Assembly: GCA_003154195.1 (NCBI GenBank)
Contig: PMCS01000025.1
Span: 16,662 to 80,661, forward strand
DNA length: 64,000 bases
Direction: 5' to 3'
Source of the DNA: Candidatus Omnitrophota bacterium
Lineage (GTDB): Bacteria > Omnitrophota > Gorgyraeia > Duberdicusellales > 4484-171
Under the pieces are notes generated by a model. It saw only the letters and a program-made list of their open reading frames with translations. It ran no database searches and had not been told where the DNA came from. Position 1 is the stretch's first letter; the number at the start of each line of letters is the position of its first letter. Made by a program: the position numbers and the translations under genes. Below are positions 47,103 to 56,291 of the stretch, piece after piece.

Positions 47103-47740
47103 TATTTTTTCCCCATCTTGCCACAAAATAAAATACTACGAATCTTATCCGCCAAGTCTTCCTTCGAATTTGACTCAACTATCTTCTTATACTTATCGAT
47201 CAAAAATGCCTTATATCCTTTTTTTAAATCTTCATAAGCGTTCGCCACGACCAAATCGCTTTTATTGCGCAAAAGGCTATCGTATGCTTTATCGATTAAA
47301 CCCTCGCGCCCTATCTCCAGTTTAAATTGCACAAGCTTTGCCGCCGGAACGGCCTTTCTTATTATTTTAATGATTTTTTCGGCGGGCATAAGATTTAAAC
47401 TCAAACTTTTCTTCCCCGAAGAAATCTTGCCGCCAAATGCTCTTGCCAATTTATAATCGCTTACTGCCGCGCTATGAATAACTGCGTCGTATTTTTTTCC
47501 GGCCAGCTCGCACTTCACTACCTGCTTCAGTTCGTCAAAGTAACGGAACGGAACAACTCTTATCCCCTTTTCTTTGATTTCGCCTAAAGCATGGTTATTG
47601 ACCACCAGCGTAACATCACACCCCTTATCGCGCAGCCGGCGCGCGATAAACAAACCGGTAGCGCCGGTAAAGACGGTAGTCAAAATCCTTACCTCATCGA
47701 TTTTTATCCAGGTCGGCCCGGCCGTCACTAACATTTTCAT
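47102..47740 (-). CDS. coaB: Phosphopantothenate-cysteine ligase (stand-alone)
   Basis: LVTAGPT...IDEVR, HSAAVSDY, GKISS, FKLE, VVAN. Confidence 0.88.
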   Translation of the reverse strand: MKMLVTAGPTWIKIDEVRILTTVFTGATGLFIARRLRDKGCDVTLVVNNHALGEIKEKGIRVVPFRYFDELKQVVKCELAGKKYDAVIHSAAVSDYKLARAFGGKISSGKKSLSLNLMPAEKIIKIIRKAVPAAKLVQFKLEIGREGLIDKAYDSLLRNKSDLVVANAYEDLKKGYKAFLIDKYKKIVESNSKEDLADKIRSILFCGKMGKK

Positions 47741-47778
47741 AAATTATTCATTCTATGATTGAATAAAAAAATAATGTG

Positions 47779-47924
47779 GTCCACAGATTTCTCAGATTAC
47801 TCGGATTAAAAAATTATAAATAGAAAATCAAACCGTAGGACAGAATAAAGTATCGATGTTTTTTCCAACCCATTAGTTCATATTCTTTCCGCAAAATCTG
47901 TGAAAATCTGAGTAATCTGTGGAC
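47779..47924. repeat. 9-bp-period inverted repeat element (GTCCACAGATT...AATCTGTGGAC)
   Basis: Arms at 47779-47807 and 47895-47924 around an AT-rich spacer. Confidence 0.8.
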
Positions 47925-47958
47925 AAAAAATCTTTTGTTTTTAACAATTTCCCCTTTC

Positions 47959-48711
47959 CTAAGGCAAGTAGTCGGTTTTAATTTTTTTCAACGCCTTGAA
48001 GATATTCCCCTTGATGTTAACTGCCGGGTTTATTTCTTCGAGTTGAGCGATGATGTCTTTCATTGTTTTACGCTTCGACTGCTTGCCGAACGGGCATTCA
48101 TAGCCGGTAACCGGCAGGTTCAATTTCGAAGCGAAATTAGCGATTGTTTTTTTCGGTACATAGCACAGCGGCCGGATTATGGTAAGCCTCCCATCGAATA
48201 AATCAATCTTCGGTTTCATCGTGCTAATCTCGCCGTGAAAACACATATTCATCAGCGTCGTTTCCACCGTATCGTCGAGATTATGCCCCAGGGCGACTTT
48301 GTTACACCCTAAATCCCGCGCCGTTTCAAAAATAATTTTCCGGCGGTTCCAGGAACACCAGAAACAGTCTATTTCCTTGTCAGACAAAGTAAGCGTTTTA
48401 ACTACGCACTCTATACCGGTATCTTTAATATAATCCAATAATGGCTTAGGGTCAATCCTGATAAAATTAGCGTCAACAAAACAAACTACAAACTGAAAAC
48501 TCTTCATGGGGATGCGCTCTTTACGCATCAGAAATAACTTTAACAACGAAAGGCTGTCCGAGCCGCCGGAAACCCCGATAAGAATCTTATCATTCTCCGC
48601 CAGCATCTGGTAATCAAAGATAGCCTTACCCATAAACTTATAGGTGTCCTTAACGACACCGCGCAAATCGATTTTATGAGTCCGGGAATAGGCGATTTCG
48701 GTTGAGTTCAT
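47959..48711 (-). CDS. ttcA: tRNA 2-thiocytidine biosynthesis TtcA-family protein
   Basis: PP-loop SGGSDS, CFWC..NRR, GHNLDD..ET, IIRPL, CP. Confidence 0.85.
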   Translation of the reverse strand: MNSTEIAYSRTHKIDLRGVVKDTYKFMGKAIFDYQMLAENDKILIGVSGGSDSLSLLKLFLMRKERIPMKSFQFVVCFVDANFIRIDPKPLLDYIKDTGIECVVKTLTLSDKEIDCFWCSWNRRKIIFETARDLGCNKVALGHNLDDTVETTLMNMCFHGEISTMKPKIDLFDGRLTIIRPLCYVPKKTIANFASKLNLPVTGYECPFGKQSKRKTMKDIIAQLEEINPAVNIKGNIFKALKKIKTDYLP

Positions 48712-48932
48712 AATCTTATGGTATTATAGGCAAAATACGCTATATTGCAACGAATATAAGCTTTTGCCGGAGCAGGCAACTTGGAGTATAATTTAGGCGG
48801 ATAAATTCAACAAAAAAGTGCTATTTTTTGTATGAAAACGGTTTATTTTTGTTAAAATATTTAAGGGTCACACAGAAAATACGGAGTCTGCATATTAATT
48901 GTTAGAAATAATAATAAAATTAATTAAAGATC

Positions 48933-48961
48933 TTGACAATACGTACGTTATATGGTACGTT
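48933..48961 (+). promoter_or_regulatory. TA operon promoter with GTACG operator repeats
   Basis: TTGACA (48933)-17 nt-TACGTT with TG; ACGTACGT...GGTACGT overlaps the promoter; GGAGG RBS. Confidence 0.7.
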
Positions 48962-48980
48962 TTATATGGAGGTGATTTAA

Positions 48981-49223
48981 ATGACCACGTTAAGCGCCAC
49001 CCAAGCAAGAGGCCGACTGTATAAATTGTTAGATGCTGCCGCAATTTCCCACGAGCCTATCCAAATTACCGGCAAACGCCATAATGCTGTTTTGATTGCC
49101 GAAGACGATTGGCGTTCAATCAAAGAAACATTATATTTGCTGTCAATCCCGGGGATGAGAAGGTCTATTCAAAAAGGCCTAAAAACTCCGGTTTCAAAAT
49201 GCGCTAAGATTATCAAATGGTAA
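48981..49223 (+). CDS. yefM: Phd/YefM antitoxin
   Basis: ATQAR..LY.L, PIQIT, AVL, ETLYLLSIPGM. Confidence 0.92.
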   Translation: MTTLSATQARGRLYKLLDAAAISHEPIQITGKRHNAVLIAEDDWRSIKETLYLLSIPGMRRSIQKGLKTPVSKCAKIIKW

Positions 49224-49483
49224 ATTGGCAATTAGTTTATACCAAGCAAGCCCAAAAAGACGCCAAAAAGCTCTCCACTGCCGGTTTACGGCCAAAAGCG
49301 GAAGAACTTCTTTTAATCTTGCAAAAAAATCCTTTCCCAGCCCCTCCTCCGTTTGAAAAATTAGTAGGCGATTTAGCGGGAGCTTACTCGCGTAGAATAA
49401 ATATCCAGCACCGTCTTGTTTATCAGATTATCAAAGAAACACACACCATAAAAATCATAAGAATGTGGACGCATTATGAATAG
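49217..49483 (+). CDS. yoeB: Txe/YoeB toxin
   Basis: EKLVGDL.GAYSRRINIQHRLVY, MWTHYE. Confidence 0.93.
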   Translation: MVNWQLVYTKQAQKDAKKLSTAGLRPKAEELLLILQKNPFPAPPPFEKLVGDLAGAYSRRINIQHRLVYQIIKETHTIKIIRMWTHYE

Positions 49484-49486
49484 ATT

Positions 49487-49562
49487 TTCTAACCAACAAA
49501 TCCAGCCGACCTTGCCCGCCGCCTAATGGCGGCGAGGCGGGCGGCTGATTTTTGTGTTAAAA
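49487..49562 (+). mobile_element. Integron attC site closing the TA gene cassette
   Basis: TTCTAAC...GTTAAAA ends; AAATCCAGCCG pairs with CGGCTGATTT leaving one extrahelical base; central hairpin CGCCGCC-TAAT-GGCGGCG; begins 3 nt after the yoeB stop. Confidence 0.8.
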
Positions 49563-49568
49563 TAACTT

Positions 49569-50114
49569 ATGCCTAAAAAAATAACGAGACAACTGCTGAT
49601 ATCCGTTGTCATCGCCGTTGGCTGCGCCGGCGTAAGTTTCGCTAAAGAACCACAAATAATAAAAAAACGCCAGGCCATTGAAATACTACGTGGCAGGAGC
49701 CTGAAGCTCTGTTACCAATCCGAAGAACAAGTGCTGATTACCAACGGGATAATGCTTAACATCTATGACGAAATAGAAAGATTAAAAAACGCGGCCGGGA
49801 TATTCAATAGTTTTAGATTGGACTCCTGTATCGATAAAGACGCCGGAATACCTAAATATTGCATCTATTATACCGGTAAAGATTTTGAACTATATCTTGC
49901 GTTCGACCACTGCGGGTCCTGCTGTCACACCTTCCGTAAACCCGAATCATTATCTAACAGCTCAGGGATTACGCGCCGATACATCATTAAAAAAATTGAT
50001 TCGTGGTTAATCGTATGGGGGGATTCAAGAGATGAATCGGTAGAAAATGCTATCGCCGGGATTGCTGAAAATATCCTGCGCGAATTTAAAACAAAAATCA
50101 ATGACCCGCAATAA
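49569..50114 (+). CDS. Secreted hypothetical protein
   Basis: Signal peptide ending SFA; CGSCC motif; no family recognised. Confidence 0.65.
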   Translation: MPKKITRQLLISVVIAVGCAGVSFAKEPQIIKKRQAIEILRGRSLKLCYQSEEQVLITNGIMLNIYDEIERLKNAAGIFNSFRLDSCIDKDAGIPKYCIYYTGKDFELYLAFDHCGSCCHTFRKPESLSNSSGITRRYIIKKIDSWLIVWGDSRDESVENAIAGIAENILREFKTKINDPQ

Positions 50115-50118
50115 AACG

Positions 50119-50293
50119 GCTAGGGTAAGGGTAAAGATGCCCGTATGGGCCATGGTTATGGTCAAGGCTTTAAATTAGTATCAGCCTTAACCTTTGCCTT
50201 AACCCAAACTGGCTTTCCGCCTTCGCTATTGCTTCGGCGAGACTTCTCCGAAGCTCGAAGAGTGAAGGAGAGCCTATCCCTAGCCCTCACCCA
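50119..50293. repeat. Hexamer (GGGTAA)-period palindromic element with nested ~65-bp repeat, copy 1
   Basis: 50211-50275 matches the reverse complement of 61858-61922 with 3 mismatches. Confidence 0.8.
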
Positions 50294-50294
50294 A

Positions 50295-51050
50295 TTATAT
50301 TATCTCCAGCTCTTCCTTCCTGATCCACCCCAGTTTTCCGTCCAATCGCTTGACCTTAAGCCACTGGCCTTTATCTTCGACTAAAATAACTTTTTCGCCG
50401 CCGTAAATCGTAAAATGGGTGACGGCGGCGTTACCAGGCTCAAATTTAACGTTAGCCTTCTCCGCGATAATAACCGCTTCTTTGCCGAACAGTTGGGAAC
50501 GCGAAAATAAATCATAAATACCCAGGCCCATCAAAAGAAAAAGCGCGGCGGCGAGGTAAAAAAACTGTTTTTTAAAAGCCGGTAAAAATAACCGCCCGGC
50601 CAGCAACGAAAACAATAAAATATTAAGTATGGCGATAAAAATCGCCAAACCATCCGGCGCGAATGAAGCGTATAGCCAGTCGATAAACTTTTCGAGGTTA
50701 TTCTTCTCGCCGGTTTTATAGCTTTGGGTAAGCTGGCTGATAACCAATTCATGATTAGAATTCAAATCGGCGTCGGACGGCGCAAGCCGCCGGGCGCGTT
50801 CGTAAAAAAGCGCGGCCCGCGGAAAATCGCTTTTTTTATAAAAGCAATTTCCTATATTGTAATAAAGATTAGCGCTCTCATACCCTTTGCCCGCGATGTC
50901 GGAATACAACTTCAGGGCATTATCATATTTACCTTCCTCATAATAAAGATTGGCGCGATAAAACCCTGTTTTGTCTATACCGGATTGGGCATGGGCCGAC
51001 GCACATAATAAAAATACTGCGATAATTGCTGTCGGGATAAACGTCTTCAC
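50295..51050 (-). CDS. batE: BatE-like TPR + SH3 membrane protein
   Basis: LYYNIGN, YERA..L.P, two TM helices, C-terminal W.KV..LDGK.GW; operon position. Confidence 0.85.
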   Translation of the reverse strand: MKTFIPTAIIAVFLLCASAHAQSGIDKTGFYRANLYYEEGKYDNALKLYSDIAGKGYESANLYYNIGNCFYKKSDFPRAALFYERARRLAPSDADLNSNHELVISQLTQSYKTGEKNNLEKFIDWLYASFAPDGLAIFIAILNILLFSLLAGRLFLPAFKKQFFYLAAALFLLMGLGIYDLFSRSQLFGKEAVIIAEKANVKFEPGNAAVTHFTIYGGEKVILVEDKGQWLKVKRLDGKLGWIRKEELEII

Positions 51051-52873
51051 TTTAATCTCCTCTCGCTGTAATCAATAATCTTTTTTACCGTTTTTAAATC
51101 TTCTTTCATCGAGGCTGGCTCAAACTGCTGCGACGAAAAACGCGCCATATCGCATTGCCCGAAGATATGTTTTAACGAATCGATAATTTCCTTATCCCAT
51201 CCTTTACTTTCCAACAGGCCGGCGATATCGACGGTGATACCGCGCCAGGGAAGGCGCAGTTTATAACCGAGATATTGCTGCAGGGTCTTAAACAATGTCT
51301 CGTAGAATTCCCTGGATTTACTGTCGGATAAAAATGCTGCCGCCGTTTTAAGGCCCTTGGCGGCAACGGACGGCGCTTTAAGTTTTTTCGCGTAAGCGTC
51401 GTCTACCATCAACCGCCGGTAATGCTTGTTGATCAGGGAAACGATAACAAAGCACAGCAGGGGCAGAAATTGCAAAAGCCAGAAAATCCTGTTTTTAAAA
51501 AGATAATGCCCTTTTTTTCTTAACGCCCCGGCTAAATCCTTAATATAAATGATGTCCCGGCCCAAAACCTGGGTAACGGTTGTTTTTTGCGTTGCGGGAT
51601 TTTGTTCGACGATTTTTTGTGTTTCCGCTCTTCCCTTACTTACAGTAATAGGAAACGGCCCTTTTTCGATGGTCGAATAACGGCCGTCGGCGGTATTAAA
51701 AAAACTAAACGATATCCCGGGGATGGCGGTAACTTTTTCGGTTTTAGGCATCACGACATATTCAAAAATCTTAGAATTTTCGCCGTTGGTTATCCTCGGC
51801 TCATAAACCTTAAAATCATTTTCGCTTAAACCCAAACCGGGGGTGGTTACGGTATCAAAATTACCCTTGCCGCTTACAGCAAGTCTTAATGTTATCGGAT
51901 CGCCCACGCTTACCTCGGGGGGGCCGGCCTGCGCGTCCAGGTTAAATCCGCCGATTGCGCCGTTAAAATTTGCCGGTTTATTTTCTTCCGGCAAGGGGGA
52001 AACGACCACGCCGACGCCGGCGGCATCCAGGTTTAACGGCTGTGTCCTGGCCGCGCCGAAAAAATCCTCAAAAAGGCTGTCGTCAATAAGACCGTCAAAA
52101 GCGCCGAACGAAGGCAGCCTTCTTTGCCTCTCCGGTTTCACCATAAGATAGCATTCAAAATTAGCCGGGCCAAGCGACAACTCGCCTGATTTGACGGCAA
52201 AAGTTTCCACGCTAAAATCTACCACATCATAGTAAACCCCGTTGAGCATGTCTTTATATTGCCGGGGCTGGCTGAACTGCGCCAGAGAAAAACCATCATG
52301 GCTAATCTGCGGCACCCCGCCGCGGGACAATCTGATATCTAAATCCTTCACGTATAATTTTATCGAAAGGTTAAACTTTTCATTAATATACACCTTACGT
52401 TTTTCCGGCTGGATCACTAAAAATATCTTATCGCCGATGTTCTTAGCCTCGGCCCGGCTCTCCTCTCCTTCGCGGTTATTAACATTAGCGGGCGAAGCGG
52501 GTTTATCAACCACTTCGATAGTTATCGCGTTGGAAGTATATTGTTTATCTTTGTAGTCGACGGTAAACGGCCCGATGTTAAAAGTGCCGGTTTTAACCGC
52601 CGCGAGCAGATAGGCATGGCTTACGGAAGCAGAAGATTTGCCGTTGATAATGGTTAAATTTGACGACGGGCCGAGATAGCGGCTGCTGCTGAAACCGTCA
52701 ACCGTTCCCAAATCTGGCGCCGGAAGGTCCTGCGCCCCCTCAAAATTTAAACTGAGATAAATCCCGTCGCCCAACACGACCTTTTCCTTATCCACAGAAA
52801 GGGTCAAGCTCTCCGCCGGCGCCGTACCGCACAACAATCCCGAAATAAACAACAAGGTAATTACTTTCTTCAT
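51047..52873 (-). CDS. batD: BatD-family protein
   Basis: Signal peptide, Ig-like repeats, F.GAIG.F, G.GN, C-terminal TM; operon position. Confidence 0.88.
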   Translation of the reverse strand: MKKVITLLFISGLLCGTAPAESLTLSVDKEKVVLGDGIYLSLNFEGAQDLPAPDLGTVDGFSSSRYLGPSSNLTIINGKSSASVSHAYLLAAVKTGTFNIGPFTVDYKDKQYTSNAITIEVVDKPASPANVNNREGEESRAEAKNIGDKIFLVIQPEKRKVYINEKFNLSIKLYVKDLDIRLSRGGVPQISHDGFSLAQFSQPRQYKDMLNGVYYDVVDFSVETFAVKSGELSLGPANFECYLMVKPERQRRLPSFGAFDGLIDDSLFEDFFGAARTQPLNLDAAGVGVVVSPLPEENKPANFNGAIGGFNLDAQAGPPEVSVGDPITLRLAVSGKGNFDTVTTPGLGLSENDFKVYEPRITNGENSKIFEYVVMPKTEKVTAIPGISFSFFNTADGRYSTIEKGPFPITVSKGRAETQKIVEQNPATQKTTVTQVLGRDIIYIKDLAGALRKKGHYLFKNRIFWLLQFLPLLCFVIVSLINKHYRRLMVDDAYAKKLKAPSVAAKGLKTAAAFLSDSKSREFYETLFKTLQQYLGYKLRLPWRGITVDIAGLLESKGWDKEIIDSLKHIFGQCDMARFSSQQFEPASMKEDLKTVKKIIDYSERRLK

Positions 52874-52957
52874 ATTCACTTTTTCGTATTTTCTTACAAC
52901 ATAAAAATTTTAGCCTTTTTTCGCGATACAAGTTTTTAAAAGGGGTAAAATTTTTAT

Positions 52958-53932
52958 TCACCAATCCTTCTGCGGCTCCGGGTATTCTCCTGTTTCCCGG
53001 GTACGGTTATCCACCGTGCCCCAATATTCTTCGTTGTCGCGATAGCCGTCTAAAAGCATACGGGCCTCCTGCTTCGACATCTCCTTGGCCGTTTCCTCAG
53101 CCGCCGGCTTTTCGGAAGTTTTATTTCCCGCGTCTTTCGTTTCTTTATTATCTTGTGCTGTCTGCTTTTTATCGGTTTCGTTATTTTTATCCTCTTCCTC
53201 GGCCTGATTTTTCTGCTCCATCGACTGACCTTTATTTTTTTGTGTTTCCTCCGGATTTTGTTTATCCGCCTTGCCGTTATTTTTTTTATCGGCCAGGTTA
53301 GGGCTTTGCTTTGGCGGCTGCCGTTTTAATCTCTTGATGAGTAATTTTAACTTTTTATCGGTTAGTTCATAATTATACCTCGCGTCTTTATCTTTAGGCG
53401 ATAATTCTATCGTTTTAGCATAATGGTTAAGCGAATCCTTCAAAAGATTAATCGCGCCGTTTATATCGGTTTTTTCTTTAGCGACGGCTGATTTAAATTT
53501 ACTGTCGGCAAGATTAAAAGCGGCTTTCGCCTCCAAACCTTTTTTATCCGTAGCCAGCACCCTGGTAAAAAACTGGGCGGCTTTTTCGTAATCGCCTTTT
53601 TTATACCATGCCGCGCCGGTATTGAAATTAACGATATCGGAAACCCCGGAATCATCACCGGCTTTCTGATATTGCCCCAGGGCATCGTCAAACTTTCCTC
53701 GCCGGTAAAATTCATTACCCTTAGCGATCGCGCCGGCCGGCGACGCGGCAAAACAATCCGCCGCGCTCAACAATATAAAGAAAAAAAATAAAGACAAAAA
53801 ATACTTTGTCCACAGATTTCGCAGATTGCTCGGATTATAGCCCGAAAAGAATAAAGAATAAATTATCCCTGCGTTGAAACGCGAAATATTTAAGTTATAG
53901 CTTTTCATAAAAGCAAGATATTTTTGGTTCAT
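52958..53932 (-). CDS. batC: BatC-like TPR protein (start uncertain)
   Basis: GN..Y..GKFDDA...Y, FN.G.A.YK, DARYN.E, Q/K/E-rich tail, terminal KDW. Confidence 0.8.
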   Translation of the reverse strand: MNQKYLAFMKSYNLNISRFNAGIIYSLFFSGYNPSNLRNLWTKYFLSLFFFFILLSAADCFAASPAGAIAKGNEFYRRGKFDDALGQYQKAGDDSGVSDIVNFNTGAAWYKKGDYEKAAQFFTRVLATDKKGLEAKAAFNLADSKFKSAVAKEKTDINGAINLLKDSLNHYAKTIELSPKDKDARYNYELTDKKLKLLIKRLKRQPPKQSPNLADKKNNGKADKQNPEETQKNKGQSMEQKNQAEEEDKNNETDKKQTAQDNKETKDAGNKTSEKPAAEETAKEMSKQEARMLLDGYRDNEEYWGTVDNRTRETGEYPEPQKDW

Positions 53933-54050
53933 GTTTTTCCAAAAAATCTGTGACAATCTGAGCAATCTGTCCCGGTACCCTTTATAACAATATTAAGGTG
54001 CGGGACGCCCCGAACATTAATAGATTATTCAGGGTAACGGGGCTGTGGAC
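53808..54050. repeat. 9-bp-period inverted repeat element with a nested CCCGGTACC...GTAACGGGG insert
   Basis: Left arm 53808-53836; right arm 53945-53970 resumes as CTGTGGAC at 54043; insert 53971-54042 is flanked by CTGT. Confidence 0.7.
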
Positions 54051-54069
54051 AATATTCTTTGTTTTTTAT

Positions 54070-55089
54070 TTATTGCCTCTTATCTTTTTCTTCCCTCCGC
54101 TCGGAGATAAACGGTTCCGCCAGCAACAGCAAAAATGCCAATGCCAAAGGCACCTGGAACCTCTCGCGGTAATGTTTTATGGTTTTACTCTCTAATTCTC
54201 TTTTTTCCATCCGGGATATTTTTTCCTTATAAATAAAATCGAGGCCAAAATCCGCGGGCGTCGCTTTCACGTAAACACCATTGGTAGCTAAAGCTATTTT
54301 TTGCAGGATTTCCTCGTTAAGCCTTGATTTTATAACGTTGCCCTCCCGGTCTTTTAAAAACTCGGAACTGCCGCGATCGTCGGCAACCTGGATAAGCTCG
54401 CCTTCTTTCGTGCCCACGCCCACCGTAAATATCCTGACACCTTCTTTGGCCGCTTCCCCGGCCAAAGCCAGGGCGTCGCCCTCATGGTCCTCGCCGTCGG
54501 TAATAATCACCATGGCTTTATATTTTTTAGAATCTTTAGGATAACTCTTTATCGCTTCTTTTATCGCCGTCGATATTGACGTACCGCCCTGAGGTATGGA
54601 ATCACCGGATAAACTGTCCAGCGCCAGGACAAAACCCGGATAGTCTACCGTCAGGGGACATTGCACAAAAGCCGTCCCGGCAAAAGCAATCAAGCCCACG
54701 CGGTCGCCGGAAAGCCTGCCGGCCAAATCTTTCACCGCAAGCTTAGCGCGCTCCAACCGGCTGGGTTTGATATCCTTAGTCAGCATGCTCTTCGATGTAT
54801 CGACGGCAATAAAAACATCCACGCCCTGCCGCTTTACTTCCTCCCAGCTGAATCCCCACTGTGGCCGCGCCAGAGCGATAACGCTAAAAAATAACGCCAG
54901 TATAAACAATAGCGCCCGGACTTTCCGCGCTTTTTGATTCAACGAACTGAATAATTCTTCAAGAAGATGGCGTTGGGCAAATTCCTCCCAAGCGCGGCGC
55001 CGTTTCTTAAACGACCAAACCAAAAACGCGGCAGCCGCGGCCACAATCAAAAAACCATAGGCTAAAAAAGTATAATTCGCGAATTGCAT
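54070..55089 (-). CDS. batB: BatB vWA domain protein
   Basis: ALARPQWG, DTSKSM (MIDAS), PLT.D, TDGEDH. Confidence 0.9.
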   Translation of the reverse strand: MQFANYTFLAYGFLIVAAAAAFLVWSFKKRRRAWEEFAQRHLLEELFSSLNQKARKVRALLFILALFFSVIALARPQWGFSWEEVKRQGVDVFIAVDTSKSMLTKDIKPSRLERAKLAVKDLAGRLSGDRVGLIAFAGTAFVQCPLTVDYPGFVLALDSLSGDSIPQGGTSISTAIKEAIKSYPKDSKKYKAMVIITDGEDHEGDALALAGEAAKEGVRIFTVGVGTKEGELIQVADDRGSSEFLKDREGNVIKSRLNEEILQKIALATNGVYVKATPADFGLDFIYKEKISRMEKRELESKTIKHYRERFQVPLALAFLLLLAEPFISERREEKDKRQ

Positions 55090-55106
55090 ATAGTTCTGTT
55101 ATGCGC

Positions 55107-56099
55107 TTAGGGTATTTTCCTTAAAACCGTATTCACCAAAATCATCTCCAGCAACACCAGGATTAAAGCCGGAATCAGAAACAACACAAATAACTCCCGG
55201 TACTGACGGTATCCCTTTTCCTCGATTTTTGTTTTTTCCAGCCGGTTTATCTCCTGGTAAATATTTTTTAAAGACGGCGTGTCGGTAGCGCGAAAATATT
55301 TCGCGCCGGTAAGGGTAGCGATTTTCGCGAGAGTATCCTCATCGATTTCTATTTTCACGTATTGATAAGCCAACCCGCCGAAGACATCCTGAACCGGATA
55401 GGGAACAACGTCTTTAGTCCCCGCGCCGATCGTGTATACCTTTACGCCCAACGCCCTTGCCGCCTCTGCCGCGGTAAGGGGAGAAATTTTCCCGGCGTTG
55501 TTAACACCATCAGTAAGAAGGATTATGATTTTGCTCTTTGCCTTGGTATTCTTCAACCGGTTAAGGCTGGTCGCGATACCCAAACCGATAGCGGTACCGT
55601 CTTCGATCATCCCGGTTTTGATCCGCGCCAGATTATCCAGCAGCCAGCCATAATCCGTAGTCAAGGGACAAACCGTATAGGCCCGGGCGGAAAACGCCAC
55701 GATACCGACCCGGTCGCCCTGCCGGGATTTTATAAAATCCTCGATGACTTTCTTTATTACCTCTAAACGGTCGAAGCGTTTCCCGGCAATGGTAAAATCC
55801 TGAGCGCGCATACTCGTCGAACAATCGACCGCCAGGACAATATCGATACCTTCCGTATCTATCCTTGAATCCTCTAAAACCGCCTGGGGACGCGTCAAGG
55901 CGAAAATAATAAGCGCCAGGGAAATTACCCGCAAAATAACTAAATTGCGGCTCCCGGTTATCCTCCAGGAACCCTCTCTACCCTTTAAAAAAACAGCATA
56001 GGGATATCTTGCCCCCGGCTCTTTTTTTATTTTCGCGTAAATCGCCGGTAATACCGCCAAAGGCAACAAGAATAGAATCCAGGGGTTATGAAAAAACAT
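55107..56099 (-). CDS. batA: BatA vWA domain protein
   Basis: EGIDI..A.DCSTSM, GTAIG, LLTDGVNNAG, YFRAT. Confidence 0.92.
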   Translation of the reverse strand: MFFHNPWILFLLPLAVLPAIYAKIKKEPGARYPYAVFLKGREGSWRITGSRNLVILRVISLALIIFALTRPQAVLEDSRIDTEGIDIVLAVDCSTSMRAQDFTIAGKRFDRLEVIKKVIEDFIKSRQGDRVGIVAFSARAYTVCPLTTDYGWLLDNLARIKTGMIEDGTAIGLGIATSLNRLKNTKAKSKIIILLTDGVNNAGKISPLTAAEAARALGVKVYTIGAGTKDVVPYPVQDVFGGLAYQYVKIEIDEDTLAKIATLTGAKYFRATDTPSLKNIYQEINRLEKTKIEEKGYRQYRELFVLFLIPALILVLLEMILVNTVLRKIP

Positions 56100-56113
56100 A
56101 GTATGATTTTTTG

Positions 56114-56245
56114 ACCACGAAAATCACGAAATACACGAAAAATTTAACCAATCAGAAAAGTTAAATGCAAAATGTGAAGCAATCTTTAGTTCAAAATCTA
56201 ATAGTAATCTCTTCTCGTTTTCGTGTGTTTCGCATTTTTCGTGGT
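56114..56245. repeat. 9-bp-period inverted repeat element (CACGAAA family)
   Basis: ACCACGAAAATCACGAAATACACGAAA ... TTTCGTGTGTTTCGCATTTTTCGTGGT. Confidence 0.75.
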
Positions 56246-56291
56246 AGAAAATATTTTTGTTTTTTTATCTATTTTTTATAAAAAATGACTC

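Noticed and set aside
49569-50114. Second integron cassette
   Set aside because: No inverse core or attC after its stop; a hexamer repeat element follows instead.
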